Translations under genes and position numbers: made by a program
Shown here: one piece after another, positions 9,938 through 20,651 of the stretch
Layout of the letters: each line of letters opens with the position of its first letter
Numbering within the stretch: position 1 is the stretch's first letter
NCBI GenBank assembly: GCA_965205025.1
Contig: CBDBFU010000021.1
Location: 1 to 64,000 of the forward strand
Length of the DNA: 64,000 nucleotides
Source: Candidatus Poribacteria bacterium
GTDB taxonomy: Bacteria > Poribacteria > WGA-4E > WGA-3G
Direction: 5' to 3'
The notes under the pieces: model-generated
Seen by the model: only the letters and a program-made list of their open reading frames with translations
What the model was told of the DNA's origin: nothing
Database searches by the model: none

Positions 9938-11137
9938 ATGTTTTATCCAGCGTATATAAATCTTCAAAATCGAGAATGTTTGGTAATTGGTGGAGGAGTT
10001 GTTGCTGAACGTAAAGTTGTTTCTATGTTGGTCAGTGGTGGTAATGTAACTATTATCAGTCCAAGAAGTACTGAATTAGTTATACACTTAGCAGAATTAG
10101 GCACGATACGTTGGTTAAAAAGAGATTTCAAAATTGGTGACACAGATGGTTTTTTTTTAGTTTGTGCTGCAACTGATGAAACAAATATTAATACGACAGT
10201 TTACAAGGAAGCGACTGAACGAAATAATATACGATTGGTTAATGTTGTTGATGTTATCCCACAATGTACTTTTGCAGCTGCATCAGTAGTGACTGATGGT
10301 AAAACCATGATTAGTATCTCTACAAGTGGTTTAAGTCCTGCAACAAGTCGTCGAATTCGAGAGTACTTCGAAGATGAGCTAAATGTCTCATCACTATATA
10401 CTCTTGGGTATACCAATGAGAAACCCACACATATTGAAAATCAGAATCTACCATATCCTGTCTATTTGTTAATGGAGAATCGAAACTGTGTTGTAATATA
10501 TGATGAGATATCAGACGCATTAATTGATAGGGTTAATCTCCTTATAAATTGTGGTGCTAATGTTGAACGTATGAGATCTCAAGATGCGATAGGATTAGAC
10601 TTTGAAGATGTTTTTCTTATACTTACTTCAGATGATAACTTAGTAAGTTCATATAATACAGAGGAAATTGGATTTCTATATGAAAATATTAGCAAGCCAC
10701 ACAACGGTTCATTCCATACTCCTAACATAATCACTGATGATAACTTAATTATTAGTATTTCTACATATAACAATGATGAAAGTAAGAGGACTCGGGAACT
10801 TTATGATGCTATTTCTAAACAATTCGACAACAACGGCTATGGAAGTTTTATAGATTTTCTTGGTAAGATTCGTCCTACAATATTAAATAGGTTTAATTCA
10901 TCCAAAGAACGAGCTGACTTCTTTGAAAACCTTATTAATTATGTAGAAATAAACAATGATTTCCATAATATTAAGGACCAGATGTTACAGGAAAAAGAGC
11001 AGAAACCAAAGAAATGTTGTCTTCGTTTATCCGATATAAACTGTACAAATGAATGTCTTTTCAATTGGATTCTTCATGGAAAAACTCAACAAGCCACAGG
11101 TCTTGTTGAGTTTTTCTTAAATACAAATAATAGATAG
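9938..11137 (+). CDS. Precorrin-2 dehydrogenase/sirohydrochlorin ferrochelatase (SirC/Met8-like) with internal tandem duplication
   Basis: YPAYINL..LVIGGGVVAERK, NVVD, ISISTSGLSP; second degenerate copy YPVYLLM..IISIST. Confidence 0.85.
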   Translation: MFYPAYINLQNRECLVIGGGVVAERKVVSMLVSGGNVTIISPRSTELVIHLAELGTIRWLKRDFKIGDTDGFFLVCAATDETNINTTVYKEATERNNIRLVNVVDVIPQCTFAAASVVTDGKTMISISTSGLSPATSRRIREYFEDELNVSSLYTLGYTNEKPTHIENQNLPYPVYLLMENRNCVVIYDEISDALIDRVNLLINCGANVERMRSQDAIGLDFEDVFLILTSDDNLVSSYNTEEIGFLYENISKPHNGSFHTPNIITDDNLIISISTYNNDESKRTRELYDAISKQFDNNGYGSFIDFLGKIRPTILNRFNSSKERADFFENLINYVEINNDFHNIKDQMLQEKEQKPKKCCLRLSDINCTNECLFNWILHGKTQQATGLVEFFLNTNNR

Positions 11138-11150
11138 ATATACTCTTTAT

Positions 11151-11990
11151 ATGAACTTCTTATTTCTTGTCACTGTATTACTATATTTAGCTACAACAAT
11201 TTTTCATGTACTTTATCTAACCTTGGGTGAAAGAAGTGATGCAGTGAGTATACGATCCAGAATACAATTGATTGCATTTTGGATGACAATTCTGGCATTT
11301 GTTCTATTAACACTTTTCATTATACTTTGGTGGATAAATCAAGGATATTTTGCAATAACCAACTGGTCAGATTCTATTGCTTTTTTGGCGTGGACTATAA
11401 CTCTCGTATATCTCATTATAGTGCGACTGACGAAACTTCGAACATTGGGAAGTTTTGTTATGCCAGTTGCATTTATATTTATTCTGATTTCTTATAGTTT
11501 TTCTGGAACAACATCCCATCGTTCTGAATTATTTACGACAAATTGGGTTATACCCCACATAATACTTATCATTTTAGGATATGCAGCATTTATAGCAGCC
11601 TTTGGCTTTGGATTAATGTACCTTATCGCAGAGAAGAAAATCCGTGAAAAAACACAGACAATTTTCTATAACATTTTACCACCATTAGATGTTGCAGATG
11701 ATCTTGGATATATATGTATTCTTCTTGGTGTAATTCTACTTTCTATAGGTGTAATAGTCGGTTCATTCCTACCTACATATCTTGAAGATTTACCTTGGAA
11801 TTGGTTTGATCCTAAAGTAATATCCACATTAGTGACTTGGTTAATCTACGTTGTACATATTTGTATTAGACAATTCTGGGGATGGCGTGGTAGAAAAACG
11901 GCATTTTTATCTATACTTGGATTTCTTGCGGTTTTATGTACTTATGTCGGTATTGATCTTACTCTTGATAGCCTGCATGAATTTCGATAA
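11151..11990 (+). CDS. ccsA: Cytochrome c assembly protein CcsA/HemX family
   Basis: Multi-TM protein; WNWFDPKV, GWRGRK, conserved His residues; directly upstream of hemA. Confidence 0.85.
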   Translation: MNFLFLVTVLLYLATTIFHVLYLTLGERSDAVSIRSRIQLIAFWMTILAFVLLTLFIILWWINQGYFAITNWSDSIAFLAWTITLVYLIIVRLTKLRTLGSFVMPVAFIFILISYSFSGTTSHRSELFTTNWVIPHIILIILGYAAFIAAFGFGLMYLIAEKKIREKTQTIFYNILPPLDVADDLGYICILLGVILLSIGVIVGSFLPTYLEDLPWNWFDPKVISTLVTWLIYVVHICIRQFWGWRGRKTAFLSILGFLAVLCTYVGIDLTLDSLHEFR

Positions 11991-12006
11991 TAGAATCCTC
12001 CCTATT

Positions 12007-12035
12007 TTGACATGAATACTATGATGTGGTATAAT
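12007..12035 (+). promoter_or_regulatory. Consensus sigma70 promoter for hemA-hemC-cobA/hemD
   Basis: TTGACA-17nt-TATAAT with TG extension. Confidence 0.8.
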
Positions 12036-12082
12036 TTACATAATTAAATTGATTTAAATTCTTTATCTATTTTTGTGATAGA

Positions 12083-13384
12083 ATGAACAATATTGTATCT
12101 ATCGGGACAAGTCATCATATAGCTCCTATTGAATTTAGAGAGAAATTAGCTTTTTCCGATGAACAACTCATTGAATCCCTCCATAATTTACGTAATTCAT
12201 ATCATTTAAATGAAGCAGTGATCTTATCTACTTGTAATAGAGTAGAGGTATATGCTGTTGCCAACCCACAAATGACTACAGAATCACCAACAAAAACTCT
12301 ATTAGATTTTCTTTCACACTATCATCGTATTGGTGTAGATATACTCAAGAAATGGAGCTATTTACATGAAAACATTGAGTCAATACAGCATCTTTTTCGT
12401 GTCACCTCAAGTCTTGATTCTATGGTAGTTGGTGAATCTCAGATATTAGGTCAGGTTAAGGAAGCCTATGATATTTCTCGTTCCGCTGGAGGGTCTGGTA
12501 CAATCTTAAATCGATTATTCACGAAAGCATTTAGTGTGGGAAAAAGAATACGGTCTGAAACAACAATAGCTTCAGGAGCAGTATCTATCAGTTATGCAGC
12601 AGTAGAACTCGCAAAAAAAATCTTTAATACATTACAGGATAAAACAGTTGCTATCATTGGTGCTGGTGAAATGAGTGAACTTACTGCTAAGCATTTGGTT
12701 ACGAATGGTGTTTCTAAGGTTATAGTTGCAAACCGTACTTTCGAACGCGCCGTTAAACTTGCTGAGAAGTTTAACGGAACACCGGTTTCTTATGATGGGG
12801 ACCTAAGTTTCCTCATTGATGCTGATATTGTCATTAGTTCTACAGAAGCACCTAACTACATAATACAACGAAAACCACTTGCTGAGATTATGAAGAAGCG
12901 AAAACATCAATATATGTTTTTGATTGATATCGCTGTACCAAGGGACATTGAACCAGATGTGAGTAAAATTAATCATGCATTCCTCTATAATATTGATGAT
13001 TTAGAAGCAGTGGTTGCATCAAATTTAAATGATCGACACGAAGAAGCTAATCGGGCAGAACAGATAGTTACTGAGGAAGCACACAGATTCCATAATCAAT
13101 TACAGATACTGGAAGTAAATCCTACCATTAAAGCACTACATCAACAATTTCAAGATATAGCAGATATTGAGCTTCAAGAATGTTTAAATTTAACGAAGCT
13201 ATCTAATTCCCAGGAAGCTGCAATCACTTCAATGGCTCATGCAATAGTGAAAAAGCTACTTCATCATCCTGTACAGAACTTACGTAGCTCTGTAAACGAT
13301 GGTAATACAGATCATAGTCAGTATGTTTATGCCTTAAAACAACTGTTCGCATTAGATGAGAAATATGATAAGGAACAGGAATGA
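12083..13384 (+). CDS. hemA: Glutamyl-tRNA reductase
   Basis: LSTCNRVE, LDSMVVGESQILGQVK, IGAGEM, DIAVPRDI. Confidence 0.98.
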   Translation: MNNIVSIGTSHHIAPIEFREKLAFSDEQLIESLHNLRNSYHLNEAVILSTCNRVEVYAVANPQMTTESPTKTLLDFLSHYHRIGVDILKKWSYLHENIESIQHLFRVTSSLDSMVVGESQILGQVKEAYDISRSAGGSGTILNRLFTKAFSVGKRIRSETTIASGAVSISYAAVELAKKIFNTLQDKTVAIIGAGEMSELTAKHLVTNGVSKVIVANRTFERAVKLAEKFNGTPVSYDGDLSFLIDADIVISSTEAPNYIIQRKPLAEIMKKRKHQYMFLIDIAVPRDIEPDVSKINHAFLYNIDDLEAVVASNLNDRHEEANRAEQIVTEEAHRFHNQLQILEVNPTIKALHQQFQDIADIELQECLNLTKLSNSQEAAITSMAHAIVKKLLHHPVQNLRSSVNDGNTDHSQYVYALKQLFALDEKYDKEQE

Positions 13385-14307
13385 CCTCATCAATTACCAT
13401 TGGTACCCGTGGTAGTCAACTCGCTCTCTGGCAATCCCAATTTATAAAAAATAAAATTAACAACCTATATCCTAATCTTGATATACAGCTAAAGATTATC
13501 AAGACAAAAGGTGATACAATACAAGATCGTTCTTTAGTAGGATTAGGTAAGGGTGTTTTTACTAAAGAAATAGAAATTGCATTAATTGATAAAGGGATTG
13601 ATTTAGCTGTCCACAGTTTAAAAGATTTACCTACAGAAGTACCAGAAGGGCTATGTATAACAGCTATTCCTTCGCGCGAAGATCCCCGCGATATACTCAT
13701 TACTGAAAATAACTTAACATTATATGATTTACCTACAGGGGCAAGAATTGGCACTACAAGTCCTCGCAGAAAGGCTCAACTGCTTCATTTACGTTCAGAT
13801 TTAGAGGTAGTAGATATACGAGGAAACGTTGATACACGTATTAATAAACTCAATAATACTGATATTGATGGCATTATTCTTGCTGCCGCTGGAATTAAAC
13901 GGCTGCAAAAGGAATATTTAATTACACAGTATTTTGAAATTGATCAGATAGTCCCCGCTGTAGGTCAGGGAGCGTTGGCTATACAAGTACGTGAGAACGA
14001 TACTGACATAATTAATATATTACAACCTATCAATGATACAAAAGTATCTGCTGAGATTTCTGCAGAACGTACCGTTTTAAAAGCTCTCGGTGGAGGCTGT
14101 CAATTACCTATTGGTGCTTATGCAGATTCAAATGACAATGAACTATCACTAATTGCATCTGTATGTCATCCTAACGGAGCCTACTGTATTATTGAAGAAT
14201 ATTCAGGAAAATTAAAGAATGCTATTGACATAGGTAATATTGTAGCAGAAAAACTACTGAAAAATGGGGCAGATAAATTACTATCCATCCAAAGTAACAA
14301 CCAATGA
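13381..14307 (+). CDS. hemC: Hydroxymethylbilane synthase
   Basis: IGTRGSQLALWQ, AVHSLKDLP, IRGNVDTR, GGGCQLP. Confidence 0.98.
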   Translation: MTSSITIGTRGSQLALWQSQFIKNKINNLYPNLDIQLKIIKTKGDTIQDRSLVGLGKGVFTKEIEIALIDKGIDLAVHSLKDLPTEVPEGLCITAIPSREDPRDILITENNLTLYDLPTGARIGTTSPRRKAQLLHLRSDLEVVDIRGNVDTRINKLNNTDIDGIILAAAGIKRLQKEYLITQYFEIDQIVPAVGQGALAIQVRENDTDIINILQPINDTKVSAEISAERTVLKALGGGCQLPIGAYADSNDNELSLIASVCHPNGAYCIIEEYSGKLKNAIDIGNIVAEKLLKNGADKLLSIQSNNQ

Positions 14308-15839
14308 ATAATTCTTTAAATAAAAATCAAGACGGAATAGTATATATAGTGGGTGCAGGTCCTGGTGATAAGAAGCTGATTACCATAAAGGGGTTAGAAT
14401 GTCTTCATAAAGCAGATGTGGTAATTTATGATTTATTGTTGAATGAAAAACTTCTTGAATATTGTCCTCAGCATACTCAGATCATAAAAGCTCCAGATCC
14501 AAGAACTCAAGCAAACCGTCAATCAGAACTAAACAGATTACTAATTAAATATGCCAAAGCAGGAAAAAAGGTTGTTAGGTTAAAGGGTGGTGATCCGTTT
14601 ATCTTTGGACGTGGTGGTGAAGAAGCTATGGCATTAGTTAACGAAGGACTTCAATTTGAAGTAATCCCGGGTGTCACATCAGGTATTGCAGCAGCCGCTT
14701 ATGCTGGAATTCCTGTAACACATCGGAACTATGCTTCATCAGTAGCCTTTGTTACCGGACATTCTGCTGCCTTAAATCCTGATTCAAATATCAATTGGGT
14801 TAGTCTGGCAACAGCAGTAGATACACTCGTGATATATATGGGTGTAGGACATCTAACTCAGATAGTTGATCGTCTAATTGAAAATGGTAGAGATAGAAAG
14901 ACACCTGTCAGTTTAGTTAGGGTTGGTACTACACCTCATCAGGTTGTCGTACAAGGAACACTTGCAGATATTGTTGTTAAGACACAAGAAATAGAATTAA
15001 AAAGTCCAGCAGTAATAATAATCGGTGAGGTGAATAGTTTAAGAGAACACCTTCAATGGTTTGATAATAAACCATTATTTGGGAAACGGATTCTTGTTAC
15101 TCGGGCTCAATCTCAAGCAAGTGAATTTGCAGATATTTTAGAGAACTATGGTGCTGATGTGATTCAATTTCCTACAATAGAGATTGACCCAATTGATTTG
15201 GATATTACATTACTACCTATCCCAAGACAATATCATTGGATAATCTTTACGAGTGTAAATGCAGTGGAAATATATTATAAAAGACTTAGGGATAAGGGGT
15301 TGGATTCAAGAGCTTTCAGTCATAGTAAAATATGTGCTGTCGGATCTAAAACAGTTGAATCATTAGAAAGAATAGGTATTAATCCAGATTTTATCCCTAC
15401 TCAATCAAGTGGTTTAGGAATTGCATTAGAAATTAAAGACATAAAAGATAAGAGAATACTTCTACCACGGGCAAAAATAGCTACCGAGGAATTACCTGAT
15501 TCCTTGAAAGAAAAAGGGGCAATTGTAGATAATTTACCACTATACCACACAGTGAAAGTTTTAAGTGAAGATAGTCAATTAATTAAGAATGAGCTATTAA
15601 AAGGAAACATTGATATGGTGACTTTCACCAGCTCTTCAACAGTAAGGAATTTTCTTGATGTGTTTCCTAAAATCCAATCAACTGACTTATTTAAGAATAC
15701 AAAGGTAGGTGTAATAGGACCTACAACAGCGGAGACTGCTAAAAAATATGGTGTTAAAGTGGATGTTATAGCTGATGACGCATCTATTAAATGTTTTGCT
15801 GATGCAATTCTGAATGAGTATAATGAACCAATAGTATAG
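14304..15839 (+). CDS. cobA: Uroporphyrinogen-III C-methyltransferase / uroporphyrinogen-III synthase fusion (CobA-HemD)
   Basis: VGAGPGD, RLKGGDPFIFGRGGEE, then ILVTRA, IFTSVNAV, FTSSSTV. Confidence 0.95.
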   Translation: MNNSLNKNQDGIVYIVGAGPGDKKLITIKGLECLHKADVVIYDLLLNEKLLEYCPQHTQIIKAPDPRTQANRQSELNRLLIKYAKAGKKVVRLKGGDPFIFGRGGEEAMALVNEGLQFEVIPGVTSGIAAAAYAGIPVTHRNYASSVAFVTGHSAALNPDSNINWVSLATAVDTLVIYMGVGHLTQIVDRLIENGRDRKTPVSLVRVGTTPHQVVVQGTLADIVVKTQEIELKSPAVIIIGEVNSLREHLQWFDNKPLFGKRILVTRAQSQASEFADILENYGADVIQFPTIEIDPIDLDITLLPIPRQYHWIIFTSVNAVEIYYKRLRDKGLDSRAFSHSKICAVGSKTVESLERIGINPDFIPTQSSGLGIALEIKDIKDKRILLPRAKIATEELPDSLKEKGAIVDNLPLYHTVKVLSEDSQLIKNELLKGNIDMVTFTSSSTVRNFLDVFPKIQSTDLFKNTKVGVIGPTTAETAKKYGVKVDVIADDASIKCFADAILNEYNEPIV

Positions 15840-15891
15840 GCATGAATCTTTCCATAATTTTCCAACCTACAGTATTTTACTTTATCAAGAA

Positions 15892-17385
15892 TTAGCTTAA
15901 TACTTGCCAAATTGGTTCTGCCCCCTCCACACCTACAAGTTTCTGATCTAAACCTCCATGGAAATAGGTTAGTTGATTAGGATTTATTCCAAGTTGATGT
16001 AGTATTGTGGCATGTAGGTGTCGAACATGAAACGGATCTTTGACTGCTGCACTACCAAGCTCATCAGTTTCACCAACACTAATACCACCTTTTATACCTC
16101 CACCAGCCATCCACATAGTGAAGCCGTATGAATTATGATCTCTACCTGTTCCCTTGGCATATTCTGCAGTAGGTTGTCGTCCAAACTCACCACCCCATAC
16201 AACAAGAGTTTCATCAAGTAGTCCCCGTTGTTTCAGATCAATCAGTAATCCAGCAATAGGTTTATCAGTAGATTTTGCATGTTTGTTGTGATTTCTTTCA
16301 ATATCCCCGTGGGCATCCCAATTATCATCATTATGTGCACCACCTGAGTAGATTTGAATGAAACGAACACCCCGTTCAACAAGTCGTCTTGCCAAAATAC
16401 ATTTTGTACCGAAATCTTCTGTTTCTCTTTCATTTAAGCCATAGAGCTGTTTGATATAATCAGGTTCATCTGTCAAATCTACTGCTTCAGGTGCAGTTGA
16501 CTGCATTTTATATGCTAATTCATAACTGGATATTCTGGCAGATAAGTCAGTATTGTCAGTATGTTTGGATAAATGTGTTGTATTAAATTCCCTCAAACAG
16601 TCCAGTAATCTTCGTTGTACACCGTCGCTCATATCATTTGGTCTGTTTAAATTTAGAATAGGTGTACCCTTAGAGCGAAAAACAGTTCCCTGATAAACAG
16701 CAGGCATATATCCACTACTCCAGTTTTTAGCTCCACTTATTGGACCACCTGTTCTGTCAAGCATAACAACATATCCAGGAAGATTCTCATTTTCACTCCC
16801 AAGACCATAATTTACCCATGACCCTAATGATGGATGTCCACTGATAACACGGCCAGCATTCATCATTAACATGGCAGACCCGTGAAGTGGTGAATCTGCT
16901 GTCATTGACTTAATAAATGCTATATCATCAACACAAGTTGCTACATTAGGAAATAAATCCGATACCCACTGTCCAGATTCACCATACTGTTTGAAATTCC
17001 ACTTCGGACCGACAATTCTACCTTTCGATTTTTCACCCCCTCGACCTTTCGTCTTAACATCAACTGTCTGATCATTAAGTTGAAATAGCTTTGGCTTATA
17101 ATCAAAAGTATCTACATGACTTGGTCCTCCATACATAAATAAGAAAATGACACGTTTTGCCTTTGGGGTAAAATGAGTTGGTTTTGGTGAGAGAGGGTTT
17201 ATATAAGGTGTAATACTATCTGCTGCAACTGCTTGCGATGATAAAAACCCATCTGTAGATAACAAACCAGTGAGTGCAACGGATGCAAACCCACCTGCTA
17301 TATTTCCAAGGAATTCACGACGGGTTTGACCGCAGAATTCTCCTGTTGATTTTTCTCTACTCTTTATCTTAGATCCTTTGTCCAT
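15892..17385 (-). CDS. DUF1501 family protein, Tat-type leader
   Basis: TRREFL, FMYGGPSHVDTFDYKP, ARRLVERGVRF, WGGEFGR. Confidence 0.92.
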   Translation of the reverse strand: MDKGSKIKSREKSTGEFCGQTRREFLGNIAGGFASVALTGLLSTDGFLSSQAVAADSITPYINPLSPKPTHFTPKAKRVIFLFMYGGPSHVDTFDYKPKLFQLNDQTVDVKTKGRGGEKSKGRIVGPKWNFKQYGESGQWVSDLFPNVATCVDDIAFIKSMTADSPLHGSAMLMMNAGRVISGHPSLGSWVNYGLGSENENLPGYVVMLDRTGGPISGAKNWSSGYMPAVYQGTVFRSKGTPILNLNRPNDMSDGVQRRLLDCLREFNTTHLSKHTDNTDLSARISSYELAYKMQSTAPEAVDLTDEPDYIKQLYGLNERETEDFGTKCILARRLVERGVRFIQIYSGGAHNDDNWDAHGDIERNHNKHAKSTDKPIAGLLIDLKQRGLLDETLVVWGGEFGRQPTAEYAKGTGRDHNSYGFTMWMAGGGIKGGISVGETDELGSAAVKDPFHVRHLHATILHQLGINPNQLTYFHGGLDQKLVGVEGAEPIWQVLS

Positions 17386-17433
17386 ATTCTAATCTCCAAT
17401 TAATGTGAATTTCAATATGAAAATAAGTATCAA

Positions 17434-20331
17434 TTAATCCAAATATATAAATTCATTTAGATTTAATGCCAACAAGGCAAATCTATTTAGTGCTACTTCG
17501 GAACAAATATTTTCATATTCTTGAAGTTCATTAATGAATTGTAATGCACGTTGTGTTTCAGATTTATTTGGTTCGCGGCATAATACCATCCGTAATCCAA
17601 ACTCAACTTGATCTTCAACGGTAACTCCACCTTCCCAACGCATTCTATTAGCAAAAGCAACAGCTTGTTCATTGTAGAATTTACTGTTTAACATAGTTAA
17701 TGATTGTGTTGGGACTGTGGTTGAAAAACGGACAGGACATGATGAGTCAGTATCAGCTTGATCAAACTGATTTAAGATCGGAACAAGAAGTGAGCGTTTG
17801 ACTTTTACATATACACTTCTTCTGTTTGCCTCATCAGGTGGTGATTTCCCCCATGCGTTTCCTGGTCTTGAAGCAGTAGCCAATACTTCCTGTGGAACTT
17901 CTGTAAAGATACTACGTCCACCCATTTTTAGATTTAGATTTCCAGTAACTAATAAGACTGAATCTCTTATTTCTTCGGCAGTTAATCGTCTCATATCGAA
18001 TCTCCAAAATGTGTTATTATTTGCATCATGTTGGAGGTAGTCCGGATTATTCTGTGATGACATCTGGTATGTATTGGATGACATAATCAATTTATGTAGA
18101 GCCTTCATTCTCCAACCAGATGATATGAATTCAGAAGCAAGCCAGTCAAGTAATTCCGGATGTGTTGGTTTAGTGCCTAACTTTCCAAAATCATTTGTAG
18201 ACCTAACTATACCACGACCAAAATGGTAATGCCAGATACGATTAACTATAACACGTGCTGTCAAAGGATTCTCATCACTTGCTATCCACTCTGCAATGAC
18301 ACGACGTTTTCCCGATGATTTTTTGTCTTGATTCTTTTCTGGTATATCAACTGAAGTTGGATTCAAGATAGAAGGGAATGCAGGTTTTACTTCACGACCA
18401 ATAAGTGATGGATTTCCACGACGGAGTATATGAGTTGGTGTTGGGTCTCCTTCTGTAATTGCTAAAGCCTGGTGATCATATAAAATACGTTGCCGTCGTC
18501 GTTCATCACGTTGTTTTCTAACCTTATGATACTCTTCAACCAAGGTTTTCAATGATTCATTTGACTCGATTTTTTCATTATATGTATTAAGTAATTTTCC
18601 AAAGTTTATTGAAGCCGTTGAGGAGAGTGGCTGCTTTTCAAAGTTAGATCCAGACCATAAGATTGAAAGTTGTGGTTTATCATTATCTATGTTTATATAT
18701 TCAATTCTAATAGATAACTCACCAGATTTAAGTGTGACTTCTAAATCTCTATTCCCAATGAGATCTGCTACTTGATACTCATTTATAATCAGTCTACAAG
18801 ATCCTTGTAAATTTACATGAAATGTATATGTTGATTCCTCTGGAACTGTCAACCTCCCTTCAAAAACCAAACCGATGTACTTCTTTCTACTTGCTGGTGC
18901 GAGTGATAGTAGGTTATTAAATACATTTCCATCCGCTATTAGATTAAGACTATCAAGATTATTTGGAATATTCTCCATCGGTATATGATAGAATCGATAT
19001 GTTAGATCCTTAATGGGTGACTGTTTTGTTTCTGGTGCTATGGGTTCTTGAATCAGCTTTGATAATTCGATTTTTATATTTTCTTGCAATGGATAAAGTT
19101 GATTTTGAAACTGTTCATCTGCTAATCGTTTTTCAAGAATCAGTCTATCACGTTCTGCTTGTTGCTCAGGTGTTCCAATATCAACAAGTGTTCCTCTATT
19201 ATGTGGAATTATGTCATGAAAAAATGCAAGAAAACTGTAATAATCACGGGTAGAAATTGGATCAATCTTATGGTCATGACAACGGGCACATCCAATAGTC
19301 ATTCCCAACATTACTTGCCCAGTGGTAGATACAATATCATCCAAATAATCGTATTTAGCAAGTTTACGATCAGCAGGTTCATCGTCCCATACACCAAGTC
19401 GATGGAATCCTGTAGCTATTATTGTATCGGTGGTTACTGTGTCAAGTTCATCTCCAGCAAGTTGTTCCTTGATAAATATATTATAGGGTTTATCTGTATT
19501 AAATGCTTTTATGACATAGTCTCGATATCGCCATACATACGGTTTATCTGAATCACGTTCATAACCGTTGGTTTCTGCATAACGGACAAGATCAAACCAG
19601 TGACGTCCCCATTTCTCTCCATATCGAGGTGATCTCAAGAGTTTATCTATTAGTTTTACGTAGGAATCAGGTTCGTTATTATTTACAAATGCTGCTATGG
19701 CATCTGGAGAGGGTGGTAATCCAGTAAGATCGTAATATATTCTACGAATCAGTGAATGTTTGTTGGTAGGTGGGGCAGGTGAAAAACCGTGTGATTCGAG
19801 TCTTGAGAGAATAAATGCATCAATTGGATTTTTAACCCAATCATTGTTCTTTACTTTAGGTATTTTAGGACGTTCTAATGGTTTATATGCCCAATAATTA
19901 TTTGTGGAGTGAATAATAGACTGATTCTCTATTCTTTGTGATGGAAAAGGGAGACCAAGTTTAATCCATTCATAAAATACTTGGAGTATTGAATCATCTA
20001 ATTTTCCATCAGGAGGCATTTGTGCAGTTTCTTTTCCATAACCAACCATATCCAAAATGAAACTCTCATCTGGTTTTTCAAGAGTGACTGCTGGACCATA
20101 ATTTCCTCCAACCAAGATCTTATCTCTACTTGTTAATTCGAGTCCACCTTCTATCTGTTTATCAGCACTGTGACATTTAAGACAATGCGTTTCAAGTATA
20201 GGTCTTACTCTTGAAGTATAAAAGGTGATCTTTTCTTCTTCATTTAACTCATTAGCGTTGGAATTGTAATTTAATAGGAAAATAGATAGAAAAAGTAATA
20301 AACGTATACATAGATGATATGGATCTTTCAT
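17434..20331 (-). CDS. Planctomycete-type cytochrome c / DUF1549 / DUF1553 (PSD1) protein with PA14-like insert
   Basis: CLKCH and CARCH heme motifs, NPIDAFI, RYGEKWGRHW, THPELLDWLA. Confidence 0.92.
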   Translation of the reverse strand: MKDPYHLCIRLLLFLSIFLLNYNSNANELNEEEKITFYTSRVRPILETHCLKCHSADKQIEGGLELTSRDKILVGGNYGPAVTLEKPDESFILDMVGYGKETAQMPPDGKLDDSILQVFYEWIKLGLPFPSQRIENQSIIHSTNNYWAYKPLERPKIPKVKNNDWVKNPIDAFILSRLESHGFSPAPPTNKHSLIRRIYYDLTGLPPSPDAIAAFVNNNEPDSYVKLIDKLLRSPRYGEKWGRHWFDLVRYAETNGYERDSDKPYVWRYRDYVIKAFNTDKPYNIFIKEQLAGDELDTVTTDTIIATGFHRLGVWDDEPADRKLAKYDYLDDIVSTTGQVMLGMTIGCARCHDHKIDPISTRDYYSFLAFFHDIIPHNRGTLVDIGTPEQQAERDRLILEKRLADEQFQNQLYPLQENIKIELSKLIQEPIAPETKQSPIKDLTYRFYHIPMENIPNNLDSLNLIADGNVFNNLLSLAPASRKKYIGLVFEGRLTVPEESTYTFHVNLQGSCRLIINEYQVADLIGNRDLEVTLKSGELSIRIEYINIDNDKPQLSILWSGSNFEKQPLSSTASINFGKLLNTYNEKIESNESLKTLVEEYHKVRKQRDERRRQRILYDHQALAITEGDPTPTHILRRGNPSLIGREVKPAFPSILNPTSVDIPEKNQDKKSSGKRRVIAEWIASDENPLTARVIVNRIWHYHFGRGIVRSTNDFGKLGTKPTHPELLDWLASEFISSGWRMKALHKLIMSSNTYQMSSQNNPDYLQHDANNNTFWRFDMRRLTAEEIRDSVLLVTGNLNLKMGGRSIFTEVPQEVLATASRPGNAWGKSPPDEANRRSVYVKVKRSLLVPILNQFDQADTDSSCPVRFSTTVPTQSLTMLNSKFYNEQAVAFANRMRWEGGVTVEDQVEFGLRMVLCREPNKSETQRALQFINELQEYENICSEVALNRFALLALNLNEFIYLD

Positions 20332-20651
20332 ATTCTACTCCGTGATCTACTCATTTATGGAATTGTCTTTCAAAACGTAACAGTACTAATGTAATATAGT
20401 TACATTTTCTCTTCAAATTGTATGAAATTCTAATTCCTTGAGATATTCATTTACATAGAATTGCATTATAATATCATAATTATTAAGAAATTGTTATGTA
20501 ATCCGTATAATTACATGACTGCTCATTATAAAAACCTTTAGAATTAAAATATTAAATGGAATTTGGAGTAAATAATATTTAGTTTATTCAATAAAACATC
20601 ATATCAACTTCTATAAACATCACATTAATATTTACGTCATATTATATTACC

